From contig NC_068986.1 of the NCBI RefSeq assembly GCF_001194135.2, positions 35,549,984 to 35,590,928 on the forward strand: a stretch of DNA of 40,945 nt. The letters are read 5' to 3'. The position numbers and the translations under genes were made by a program. Below, piece after piece: positions 12,266-23,993 of the stretch. This DNA is from Octopus bimaculoides. Taxonomy: Eukaryota. The number at the start of each line of letters is the position of its first letter. The first letter of the stretch is position 1. The notes below the pieces were generated by a model, which was not told where the DNA came from, did no database searches, and saw only the letters and a program-made list of their open reading frames with translations.

Positions 12266-12442
12266 TTGGTTTGGGACAATAGACTACTTAAATTTATGTT
12301 CGACTTTGTCAGACATTCCCAGTTTCAATTTCAAGTGATGCCCATATATATTCAATTCTTGAAAATGAGCCTGTGAATGTCTGGAAACGTCGAATATAAA
12401 TTTAGGAATTTTATCTTTCTCTGTCAAATAAAAATCTAATAG
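12266..12442 (+). ncRNA. Candidate non-coding exon containing a long hairpin
   Basis: Strong acceptor tttctgctttctttttacag| and donor AG|gtaagt. Stops in all three frames. Contains a 47-bp imperfect stem (12289-12335 paired with 12358-12404). Confidence 0.35.
12289..12404. repeat. Imperfect inverted repeat: 47-bp arms, 22-nt loop
   Basis: Manual pairing of the plus-strand RNA gives 39 Watson-Crick pairs, 3 G-U pairs and 5 mismatches, with no indels. Confidence 0.9.
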
Positions 12443-12554
12443 GTAAGTACAAAGAATCTAAAATGAAAAATATTAAACTGGAACATAGTTGTGTANNNNN
12501 NNNNNNNNNNNNNNNNNNNNNNNNNNNNNNNNNNNNNNNNNNNNNNNNNNNNNN

Positions 12555-12589
<35 letters not shown>

Positions 12590-12590
<1 letters not shown>

Positions 12591-12868
12591 GAATCCCGGA
12601 CCGGACTGCGTGTTGTGTTCTTGAGCAAGACACTTTATTTCATGTTGCTCCAGTTCACTCAGCTGTAGAAATGAGTTGCGACATCACAAGTGCCAAGCTG
12701 TATCAGCCTTTGCCTTTCTCTTGGACAACACTGGTGGCGTGGAGAGGGGAGGCTTGTATGCATGGACGACTGCTGGTCTTCCATAAACAACCTTGCCCGG
12801 ACTTGTGCCTGGGGGGGGGTAACTTTCTAGGTGCAATCTCATAGTCAGTCATGACCAAATGAGGTCTC
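12590..12868 (+). mobile_element. 5'-truncated SINE with CORE-like central domain and a distinct 3' tail
   Basis: B-box remnant cgaatccc, then ttgagcaagacactttatttcatgttgctccagttcactcagctg, which is also present in SINE-D. The CORE assignment is from recalled consensus similarity. Confidence 0.7.
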
Positions 12869-13219
12869 AGCAAACGTGTACATATTCTCTATGCGTGTGT
12901 GTGAATTAATAAGCTTCAATAAGAACGTCTTTTTCTCCCTGCCTAGCCAATCAAACGCTTGATATGCAAAATATAACAAATCAATATATTTTTCCAATAT
13001 AAGAACGACCATGGAGTGGTGGAAGTCGTAGAAAGACGTACTAAAACGTTTGTAACGAACTTCTAGTACTTTATATTTCGAGTTTAAATCCTACTTGCGT
13101 TGGTCTTGCATCATTTCATCTCGTTAAGGTTGCGATAACATATCTTCTCAGTGTTGTTCAGCCATAATCCAACATATTTGCGATTAAATGTAAGCCATGA
13201 TCATCCCGTTTTGCTTTCA

Positions 13220-13228
13220 TTTCCATCG

Positions 13229-13266
<38 letters not shown>

Positions 13267-13540
13267 GTCGCCGTCGTCGTCATCAGAATCATCAACAACG
13301 CCATCACCATAGCCACAGGTAACATCGCTACCACCACAGCTAATATCACTACTACCACCGTGAAAACCAACACCAGCACCACCTACAACAACAACAACAA
13401 CAACAACAGTACTAATACCACTACCACTATCACTACGTGTACTCCCAAGAGTACCACCACGCTCACAACCGTGATAAAAGCGACGTTAGTGACGACGCAG
13501 ACGACAACTACGACGACAATGACCCCACCACCACCACATA
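13220..13540. repeat. Cryptic trinucleotide low-complexity region (CAT/CAA/CAC/CGA)
   Basis: Direct observation. Confidence 0.9.
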
Positions 13541-14032
13541 ACAAACTTCTCATTTTGCATTCCCCGCTTCTCTCCAAACAAAAACTACTGTACAATCATA
13601 TCTACAACACTTTCCAAACAGTGATGTCATCCTTATTATCTACATCCCACTTCACTCCACCCCACCATTTCTTTATCTACACAACATTTCACAGTTTTTT
13701 TTATTCATTATCATCCAATTATTATTATTATCATTATTTGTACAACATAAACGCCCCGCTCTAAAATTTTTCTCCCAATTCTCTTCATCATGTTTTACAA
13801 ACGACATCATTCTAATATTTCTTACAAATGTCTGTTGTTGATTTTTAAACTAAGCAATTTAATCATTTTTGTTTTTGTTCCTTCTTCTTTTGCCTTGCTC
13901 TCCCTTTATTTTGCGTTTAATAATATCCTTAAGCTTGCCCCATCCCTATATCTTGCTGTGTATTCTTCCATCTTTTCCTTTCAAATTAACTTCTTGTTAT
14001 TCAAATTTAAATTAAACAGGTTCAATGCACCA

Positions 14033-14124
14033 TTCTTCTTCTTCTTCTTCTTCTTCTTCTTCTTCTTCTTCTTCTTCTTCTTCTTCTTCTTCTTCTTCTT
14101 CTTCTTCTTCTTCTTCTTCTTCTT
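14033..14124. repeat. (CTT)n microsatellite
   Basis: Direct observation. Confidence 0.95.
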
Positions 14125-15157
14125 NNNNNNNNNNNNNNNNNNNNNNNNNNNNNNNNNNNNNNNNNNNNNNNNNNNNNNNNNNNNNNNNNNNNNNNNNNNN
14201 NNNNNNNNNNNNNNNNNNNNNNNNNNNNNNNNNNNNNNNNNNNNNNNNNNNNNNNNNNNNNNNNNNNTATATATATATATATATATATATATTTGTTTTT
14301 TTTCATTAATTTTTGTTATTATTCCTTTTGGTATTGATAGAAATTTAAACTGCTTTAATTAAATTCTTTCTTGTTTTTCTTTTGTTGTTGTTGTTTCAAT
14401 AACAAGAACAATTGCTAAATCTTTACTAAATGGCTCATCAACAAAACAAATATCGCAGCAACAACAGCTGTAACAACAACAATAAGAACAGCCAAAAGAA
14501 TAGTAGCAGCAGCAGCAACAACAACAACAGCAACAACTAATCAAACAACGATATTATTAACAGAATATTACATCATAGCAACAACAACAAAAACAATAAG
14601 TATATGAACAACAGTAACATTTCTTTCAAAGAAGTCAATACAACGCATGCTAACATACAGACATGCATACATAAATGCATAAATAAATACATATATACAT
14701 ACATACATATATATATGCATGCATGCATACAAAGACATATACACACACATACACGATACATATATAAACATACATATGAATACGTACGCATACAAATTTA
14801 CAGACATGCGTACATATACACACACACACACACATAAACACGTATTGTGTCAACAATAATTATCACGTCAAAATGCTTCAAAAACAAATATGACGTCATA
14901 TTTAAATTAACTTGAGACAAAACAATGATCGGACATTTATGCCAGAGGTGGGGATGTCCCCTCAGCTGCCGGTGAAATATCGGTCGTATTCAAATTTGAA
15001 TCTCCACGCCCGCTGACGATATGTGAAAATCCATATGGAAAAAAGACCCCCCCCCACCCCGCGCCCAAAAAGCAAAAACAATAAATTCTTGAAGCCTTAA
15101 CACCAACCTTCTTAGAATTTGTTAAAATAAAGAATGAGCATTTTTTATCAGCAATCT

Positions 15158-15325
15158 AAGGCGCCAGCGTGGCCGTGTGGGGAAGAAGCTTGCTTCCCAA
15201 CCGTGTGGTTTTGGGTTCAGTCTCACTGCATGGCACATTGGGCACGTATCTTCTTCCATAGCACCGGGCAGACCATAGTCTTGCGAGTGAATTTGGTAGA
15301 CAGAAACTGAATGAAGCGCATTATA
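15158..15325 (+). mobile_element. SINE-C 5' half
   Basis: gtggccgtgtgg (A-box), gggttcagtctc (B-box), gagtgaatttggtagacagaaactga. Confidence 0.8.
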
Positions 15326-15399
15326 TCAGAAGAAGAAATGTTGTCTGCTTTTTACATTATTGACTGTTTAGTTAGTGTTAAACTCTATCGGTTTGGTAT

Positions 15400-16463
15400 A
15401 TTTTCGATCTGGCATTGGGTGCTTGGGTGCCTGTTGTTGATCATACGCAATAGACACCGAAATTACGTGATGCAACAGTCCCATCCATCGGTACTTATTT
15501 TATCGACCCTGAACGGATGAAACATAAAGTCGACTACAGCAAAATTTGAATTCATAACGTAAAACCAGAAGAAATGCCGTTAGGCATTTTGTCCGACCTG
15601 GTTACGAGTCTACCAGCTCGCTACTGCAATAGTTATCGTTTCTACTCTTGACATTAAGCCTGAAATTTTTCAGGAGAAGGGTTTAAGCGATTATATCACC
15701 CCCACGCCCCGTGCTCAATTGGTACTTATTCTATTGACCCCAAAAGGATGAAAGGCAAAGTCAACCTTGACGGAATTTGAACTCAGAACGTAGAGACGGA
15801 CGAAATACAGCTAAAAATTTTGTTCGGTGTGCTAACCATTCATATTCTTTATTGCCCATAAGGGGCTAAACATAGAGGGAACAAACAAGAACAGACAAAC
15901 GGATTAAGTCGATTATATCGACCCCAGTGCGTAACTGGTACTTAATTTATCGACCCCGAAAGGATGAAAGGCAAAGTCGACCTCGGCGGAATTTGAACTC
16001 AGAACGCAGTGGCAGACGAAATACCGCTAAGCAGTTCGCCCGGTGTGCTAACATTTCTGCCAGCTCGCCGCCTTGATAACAATAGTTTCAAATTTTGGTA
16101 TAGGGCCAGTAGCTTCTGAGGGGAGGGGAAGGTCGATTTCTAGAACTTATTTCATCGACCTCGGCGGAATTTGAACACACTACGTAAAGACGAACGCTTA
16201 GAATTGTGTTCAGTGTGCTAACGATTCTGCTAGCCTGCTACTTTAATAATCCTTTCAACTATAGGCATAATGCCTGAAATTTTGAGAGGGGGAACTAGTC
16301 GATGACATCGACGCCAGTGCGTAACTGGTACTTATTTCAACGACACCAGAAAGATGAAAGGAAAAGACGACTTCGGCGGAATTTGAACTCAGAGCGTAGA
16401 GAGGGACGAAATACCGCTTAGAATTTTGTTCGGCGAGCTAATGATTCTGCCAGCTCACTCTCT
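15400..16463 (-). mobile_element. Head-to-tail train of five SINE-A copies
   Basis: Units at ~15400-15627, 15635-15838, 15845-16075, 16085-16243 and 16246-16463, all minus strand, with short AAT-like spacers. Confidence 0.9.
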
Positions 16464-17427
16464 TAATAAAAAGGATAATAAATAAACCAGAAATCCAAAC
16501 TATGAAGTCTGGGTATAAATAACGAAATAAACGAATGAGTTATTATGAATAATGAAATAATAGGGTTCCAGTAGATTACCTCTACAATGATTGGGCTGTC
16601 AATCTTGGAAAAAGAACTAAAAAAAACAAAAAAACAGACGTCTTTAACGGACGGCTTCGTTCTTAAAACATCTCAGTTGGCTCCCTTATGGCTATTTACC
16701 ATTCTGACAGAAGGGCCTACCCGTCTAACCCCTTTACTACAACGGATAGGTGCGTGCGCTTCATGCGGCTCAATGTAGCTAACCACTACCACGTCACTCA
16801 CTTTGGAGTAACAATTACGAAAATTTTTCGTCTAAGAAACTCAGACATTGTTGTTGTTGTTGGTCTTCTTCTTCTTCTTCTTTTTCTTCTCAACTGAAAG
16901 CAAGAACGAAAACATTATTTTAAGATGGTTCACGTATTTGTGACAAATAGCGCAATAATTTATATTATGAAATAAAAATAGTGGAAAACTGGCGAGTAAA
17001 AAAAAAAAAACAACAACGACAAAAAAAAAACAATAAACAATCAAAACAAAACAAACAAACAAAAAAAAGCACAAATAAGAAACAAATGAGAACAGCACGT
17101 CTGTTCCCAGTGAGGTCCAATGAGACAATTAAATGCGTGGAATTAAGAATGGTTTCTGTGGAAATAAAGAGCGGATTTAGTGAATAAGGACGCTCAAACA
17201 GCTAAATTATTGACATAATAGACCGTTTGTGTGTTCTTGCATCTCTTCCTCCTCTTCTTAATCTCTCCCTCCCTCCCTCTCTCTTGTCCTCTCTCTCTCT
17301 CTCTTGCCCCCACTTTTCTCTCTGTTATATTCATTGAATGGCATTTCAGTTGTTTATTCATCATGTCATGATACCAAGGATACTCCTCGTTTATTTTTTG
17401 TTTTGTTTTGTTTGAGAAGACGCCATT

Positions 17428-17492
<65 letters not shown>

Positions 17493-17680
17493 TGATAGTT
17501 GTTGTTCATTATTTGTTAGTATAAAAATATAGTTTATTGTTTTTTTTTTGTTCCTCTTTCATGCAAGTGTGACAAATAGAGTCAATTACTTGGCTTTCTC
17601 TATGCAAAGAACACCATCAATTGGGAATTAAAGCGACATTGACTACGGTAGAGGAAATATATATATATATACATATGTAT

Positions 17681-17720
<40 letters not shown>

Positions 17721-18164
17721 ATCTCTTTTGGAATAATGATACGCAAGAATACTTTTGCATCGCTATCCACCAACCCCGTGGGAGAATTCAAGAGGGCAGC
17801 ACTATGAATGAATCAATCAACTGATACACGTTTATCATATGGTTGGCGACTGCCAGGAATGACTTGTTGGTGACACCGTTTCCATTCCCGGGTCAAATAG
17901 TTTCACTTCACTTAACATCACTGATACTCTTGGGAAAGACAAAAATGCAAAGACTTTATAGTATTGCCTTTCTTAATCCATAGATTCTGCATGCTTCGAC
18001 AAGCAAGAACCAAATTTTATTGATCACGATTACGGTAAACATTGTAGAACGTATAAAAGATTTCGCTCCTGAATTGTCGTGATTTTTTTTTTTTTTTTTC
18101 GTAAAGTACATTAGGTCCCAAACTATTTTCCTTAGAATTATATAGTTATGTGATTATCTTGTAT

Positions 18165-18835
18165 CTGCTACTTGTTTCAGCCATTAGAATGCAACCATCC
18201 CGGGGCACCGTGTTGAAAAGTTTAATCGAATATATCGATCTCAGTACTTACTTTTAATCTCGTGGGTTTTCTGTCGGCCTCTGTTGCCGAACCGCTAACT
18301 TGCAGCGACGTAAACAAACCAACACTGGTTGTCAAGTTGTGGGTGGAGACAACTGGCACTCCATCGGTTACGACGACGAGTGTTCCAGTTAATCAGATCA
18401 ACGGAACTGCCTGCTCGTGAAATTAACGTGCAAGTGGTTGAGCACTCCACAAACACACGTACTCTTAACGTAGTTCTCAGGGAGATTCAACGTGACACAG
18501 AATGTGACAAGACTGGTCCCTTTGAATTACTGGTACTACTCTCTTTTGCGAGTTGAGTGAACTTTGACTAACGTGAAATAAAGTGTCTTGCCGAAGCATA
18601 CAGGACAACGTACCACCAGGAATCGAACTCACGACCTTGCGACCGTGAGCCGAATATTCTAAGCATTAAGCCACGCGCTTTCACGGATGGAGACAAACAC
18701 ACCAATACACACACACATACGGCAGGCTTCCACACGGTTTCGATCTAGTAAATTCACTCGCAAAATATTAGTCGGCCCAGAGTAGTAGACGCTTGCCCAA
18801 AGCGTTACGCCATGGGACTGAACCCTAAACCCCTT
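18165..18835 (-). mobile_element. Older SINE-C copy split by the SINE-D insertion
   Basis: 18165-18352 and 18685-18835 join into one SINE-C once the TSD-flanked insert is removed. Confidence 0.8.
18353..18684 (-). mobile_element. tRNA-derived SINE (family D: different head, CORE-like body, family-B 3' tail), nested in a SINE-C copy
   Basis: Sense head gtggcttaatgctta...gagttcgattcc, body gcaagacactttatttcacg, and a 3' ~190 nt shared with family B. 12-bp TSD gg(g/a)tggagacaa at 18341-18352 and 18685-18696. Confidence 0.9.
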
Positions 18836-21048
18836 GGCTTTAATCACACAGACATGCTTGCTCCTATGAAGAAAATCTTTTGTATTAGCGTTGTGTAAAC
18901 GAGACGGGATGTTATTTGTGCAGGAGAATATGAATCCGCAGAATGAATATTGCAAGGCATTGGTTTCCCATGTCTTTGGATAAAGTTCAGGAATCTTTAG
19001 CAATCTGAGAGCAAGAGTTAACTGACGGATTCTGCTTGCAGGAATTTTTTTTATCTATGACATAAATGTGCTTGCATAACTTTATTTTGACAATGTTATC
19101 ACAGGGTAAATTTTCTCAGGTAAACTGGCTTCCTATTCGGAGCTTCAGTTATTTCTCACCTGCTAAACGCCACACAGATGTGAACTAAGCATGTCTGAAA
19201 GTCATGAAAGAGTTAATTTCACTTGTTTACAGCTAGGTGGAGTGAGCCATTTGCGAGTGAAGCATCTTTGTCCCGGATAAGGTCATGTCGTTGTCAAGAT
19301 ACGAACCATCAATCCCTTTGCTCGATCTTCTATATATTATCCAGTACTAATTAAAAATGTGAGGTTAGCCCTTTAACAAACCTAAGGCAGGCTCAGTTTA
19401 TGTCAAAGTAGCTTGGAGTAGGTGAAAAATATACGACACTTCAAATAAGAAACTAGTCTACCCGAGATAATTTTTTCTAAGATAATGTTATGTAGATAAA
19501 GTTTAGCAAATGCAATATCGTGTTAGATGAAAGTTTTCGGTAAACAAAGTCCCCCACTTCGCTGTTGTCAGTTTTCTATAATTTCCTGATTTTATCCGTA
19601 GTCATAGGAAATCAATGACTTGCAGTATTCATTTTGTAACTTCGTGGTCCTATGTTCTAAGTGAATTCCGTTTAATTTAATCTTTATAATTGTCTTGTAA
19701 CTGATGCGGCAGATCTTTTACTGCATTCGATGGCATAAAAGATGTACTTATTTGACGCATTCTAATTTCAGGTGCCTATGTTAAGAGGGAAATGTGTTTA
19801 GTTCATTAAAACTTAAGGGAGGGGAAACTGTAAGTAGGACCCGAAGGGATTTTTTGAAAGATTTTTGCGGGTAAAAAAGAGTCGTATATGATATCCAATA
19901 CAGTAGTTATATAATTTTAGAGAAAATGACCGTGATGTAGTGATTTTCATACCTTTCTCGCTATCATTAAGTGTGTAAGTGAAATAAATTATTTTTCTGT
20001 TGAAATCGAAACCACGTCGCTGAGACGCCACTTTGCATTCTACAGTGTTTGCCATATTTGTGATCGCTAAACATTAGTTCCAGCTTGTCCAGTCATACGA
20101 GATCTATAGTTTAAGAGAGGCAATATTGGGAAGCTGTTGCTGCATTCTTTTCTTTTCCAAATGAATCAGTAATGTTAAGCAAAGTGAACTTTCTTGACCT
20201 GGGAGTGGAAACGGCGCCACAAACAAGTGACTCCCGGCAACCGCAGACCGGGTCATAAACAAATATTAGCTGAGTGATTCATTTGTTACGTTTGAAGTCT
20301 TGGTCTTTCACATTTCTCATGGGCTTAGGACAAAGCATTGCAAAACTATCCTATTATGTCATCGTTCCACAGAAGAGGTCCCTTGTTAAATCAATGGGGC
20401 TTTACATGACCATGATGGATATCGTTGTATAGGGAAACCCCAGGCAATTTATTATATTTGTTACAAGATTAAAAAAACACAAAACAAAAACAACTCAACA
20501 AAGTATGTTTTAATTAAAACAAATAAATAATCGAAACCAACAGCAACAGTGAAAATAATATTGTTGGTTAAATTTCTTCGGCTCATTACGTTCTGAGTTC
20601 AAATCCCCTCAAGTTAAACGTTGCTTCTTATCCCCTTTGGGTTGATAAAACAATGGCCTGAATAAAAGAAACAACAATAACTGCCTTTGTCACCGAAGCG
20701 TAGCGACGAGGCAATGAACTGAAACACATATGCATATAACAATTAGCATTGTAATGTTGTTAGGATTAACAGGAAAACGAGAAAGTTATGAAACTTTATA
20801 TTTCCTCTCTGTGTGGCCTAATTATTTTATCGCTGTTACTCTATGTGCACATGTAAGTATGTATGTTTGTATACACACAGACACAGACACGGACACATAC
20901 ACACACAAATACAAACCGATACTTACACACTTACAAACACAAATCTCATTTCTGTCCTTCTATTCCGGTATTTTTCTTTCTTTCCTCACTTTATTTTTCC
21001 GGCCTTGTCATTTGATGTGTCATTCTATATCCGTGATGTTGATTTTAT

Positions 21049-21089
<41 letters not shown>

Positions 21090-21112
21090 TGTGTGTGTGC
21101 GTGTGTACGTAC

Positions 21113-21162
<50 letters not shown>

Positions 21163-22496
21163 GTATATATATATATATATATATATANNNNNNNNNNNNN
21201 NNNNNNNNNNNNNNNNNNNNNNNNNNNNNNNNNNNNNNNNNNNNNNNNNNNNNNNNNNNNNNNNNNNNNNNNNNNNNNNNNNNNNNNNNNNNNNNNNNNN
21301 NNNNNNNNNNNNNNNNNNNNNNNNNNNNNNNNNNNNNNNNNNNNNNNNNNNNNNNNNNNNNNNNNNNNNNNNNNNNNNNNNNNNNNNNNNNNNNNNNNNN
21401 NNNNNNNNNNNNNNNNNNNNNNNNNNNNNNNNNNNNNNNNNNNNNNNNNNNNNNNNNNNNNNNNNNNNNNNNNNNNNNNNNNNNNNNNNNNNNNNNNNNN
21501 NNNNNNNNNNNNNNNNNNNNNNNNNNNNNNNNNNNNNNNNNNNNNNNNNNNNNNNNNNNNNNNNNNNNNNNNNNNNNNNNNNNNNNNNNNNNNNNNNNNN
21601 NNNNNNNNNNNNNNNNNNNNNNNNNNNNNNNNNNNNNNNNNNNNNNNNNNNNNNNNNNNNNNNNNNNNNNNNNNNNNNNNNNNNNNNNNNNNNNNNNNNN
21701 NNNNNNNNNNNNNNNNNNNNNNNNNNNNNNNNNNNNNNNNNNNNNNNNNNNNNNNNNNNNNNNNNNNNNNNNNNNNNNNNNNNNNNNNNNNNNNNNNNNN
21801 NNNNNNNNNNNNNNNNNNNNNNNNNNNNNNNNNNNNNNNNNNNNNNNNNNNNNNNNNNNNNNNNNNNNNNNNNNNNNNNTGTGTGTGTGTGTGTGTGTGT
21901 ATATATATGTGTGAATAAAAATAAAAATAAAAATAACAAAATATATACAAAAAAAGGGTTTTGTATGATCGTGTATAGAGGAATATATTATTTAAAAGAG
22001 TTCCAACTCTGTCTGCTTTTTATGTTTTATTTATATTCTTATAAAATTAATGTGGAATATAGAATATGGAATATATAATATAAATAGTAAAATGAAATGA
22101 AGTATTGAATGTCTTATTGAATATATGAAATATTGAGTATTAAATATAGAGTATTAAATATATAAGGACCAGCATACTTTCATGCCTCATGGCATTCATC
22201 AAGGTCCCGTCTGACAGATGTACTGTAGCAGACTGGCTGTTCTTTTGTCTTTTATACCTATTCCTTTGGGCAGCAGCAGTAGGTGTTGGGCTATTTTTAG
22301 AAATGATGCCAGGTTTATTTTTAGAAATGATGACATTTGAGAGATGTTTTTGTGTTTTAGTTATAGGGATAAGATTTTTAAACCTCAAGTAAGATTAATT
22401 TAATCATTGTTTGTTAAGAGTGGGCTTGAATTTCTTAATAAAGTCCTTTTCTTTGCGTTTTCTCTCAATTTCATTCAGGTTCTAAACTAATTCCAG

Positions 22497-23300
22497 TTCT
22501 TGATAAAATAAAATGCCATTGATCCCAAAATTACGAAAGCCAAAGTTGATCTCGACGAGATTTGGCCTAGAAAAGAACCTTCACTAAACACTGCAACGCA
22601 TTTGCAACCGGCACTCTAATGATTCTGTCAAGACAACGGATTCGTAAGAGTAACAATGGTCATATAAGTATTGGCAAAAGACCCTGCAAGTTTGGGGACT
22701 AGCCGGTCACATTTACCCAGGTCCTCAAGTTGTACTTAATTAATCTACACCGAAAGGGATAAAATTCAAAGACGACTTAGGCGGAATTTGAACTTAGAAC
22801 GTACAGACGGACGAAATACCGCTAAGTATTTCGCTCGGCGTGCTAACAATTCTCCCAGCGCACCGATAATAACAATAATGATAATCATTTTTTTATTAGA
22901 AGCACAAGGCCTGAAATTTTGGGGGAGTTGAGTAGTCGATTACATCGACCGCAGTGTTTCATTGATACTTAATCTATCGATCCAGAAAGGATGATAGGCA
23001 AAGTTGATCCCAGCGGCATTTGAACTCAGAATATAAAGACAGACGAAATACTGCTAAGCATTTCACCCGCCGTGCTAGCGATTCTGCCAGCTCACACACT
23101 TAATAATGATAATAATAATAGAAAATTTTTTTTTTACTATAGTACTATAGGCACAAAGCCTGACGTGTTTGTGGGATTGGGTCTACTCAATTACATCAAC
23201 TCCAGTGTTCAAGTGCCACATATTTTGTCGATTAGAAGAAAGATCTTGGAGCACAAAACGAAATGGGCTGGGAAAAATGCTGCTAAACATTTTGACTAGC
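22497..23300 (-). mobile_element. Head-to-tail train of about four SINE-A copies, variably decayed
   Basis: Units at ~22497-22640, 22665-22865, 22885-23095 and 23140-23300, with (AAT)-rich spacers. Confidence 0.8.
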
Positions 23301-23305
23301 CCGTT

Positions 23306-23336
<31 letters not shown>

Positions 23337-23895
23337 TTCATCATCATCATCATCATCATCACCACCATCATCATCATAATACTTTTATCGCGTGTTATTA
23401 TTTATATTTTTGAGTGTGTGTGTGTTTGGGTGCGTGTGAATGTAAATCCATTAAATTCTTTTTAGAGATACTGTGATTGATTTAATGTCCATGCAAACCC
23501 TTAATCCTTCAACAATGGCGCTTTTGTTCACTGACCACCGCTGGATCGTTTGCTCTTGTATGATGTAATATATATGTTTTCTCATTTTTTTTTTTTTTGC
23601 ATAAACATATTTATTTTTTTACTTTGTAAAGGAATGAGTTGCGTCTAAGAGCTGGTGACCTCATGCAATAATGGACTGACTGCAATTGACCTTGCACCTA
23701 AACTGTTGAGCGGTTTTGTTAAGGCCGCTCTGAAGTACTGACCTTCCGTTTGGTCGTATGTGTGCATGAGTATGCGCGTGTTTTTGTTTGTATGTGTGCT
23801 TTTGTATGTTTGTATGCGTATTCATTGTTTCTCTTTGAATGTAAGGAAAGATATATACATATATTTGTGTGTGTGTGTGCGTGAATATATACATA

Positions 23896-23926
<31 letters not shown>

Positions 23927-23993
23927 GTGTGCGTGAATATATACATATGTGTGTGTGTATGTGTGTGTGTGCATGTGTGTGTGCGTGTGTGTA

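Larger units (their letters stand above)
17500..20530. repeat. Large degenerate palindrome / inverted duplication, centre ~19290, left arm interrupted by a microsatellite and nested SINEs
   Basis: Collinear reverse-complement matches: 17851-17896 vs 20194-20239 (38/46), 18939-18984 vs 19591-19636 (38/46). Also 17590-17640 vs ~20390-20445, 17950-18050 vs ~20040-20140, 19075-19230 vs ~19355-19510. Confidence 0.85.

Noticed and set aside
13360-13764. Thr/Asn-rich mucin-like ORF (also 4759-5430, 11326-11781, 39885-40437)
   Set aside because: Cryptic trinucleotide or dinucleotide low-complexity DNA without splice or codon support.
15400-16463. Repeated units with variable spacers superficially resembling a CRISPR array
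   Set aside because: Units are ~200-nt SINEs in a eukaryotic genome; no short direct repeats with unique spacers and no cas genes.
19771-19829. Exon-like segment (tttcag|…|gtaagt)
   Set aside because: Stops in all frames, and it lies within the decayed palindrome arm.
20843-22078. Longest ORFs in the supplied track (411 aa here; similarly 33887-35113, 9158-10121, 2344-2877)
   Set aside because: They consist of N-gaps and dinucleotide repeats; no coding information.
22479-22650. Strong acceptor (ttttctctcaatttcattcag|)
   Set aside because: All frames stop within ~45 nt and the downstream sequence is decayed SINE-A.
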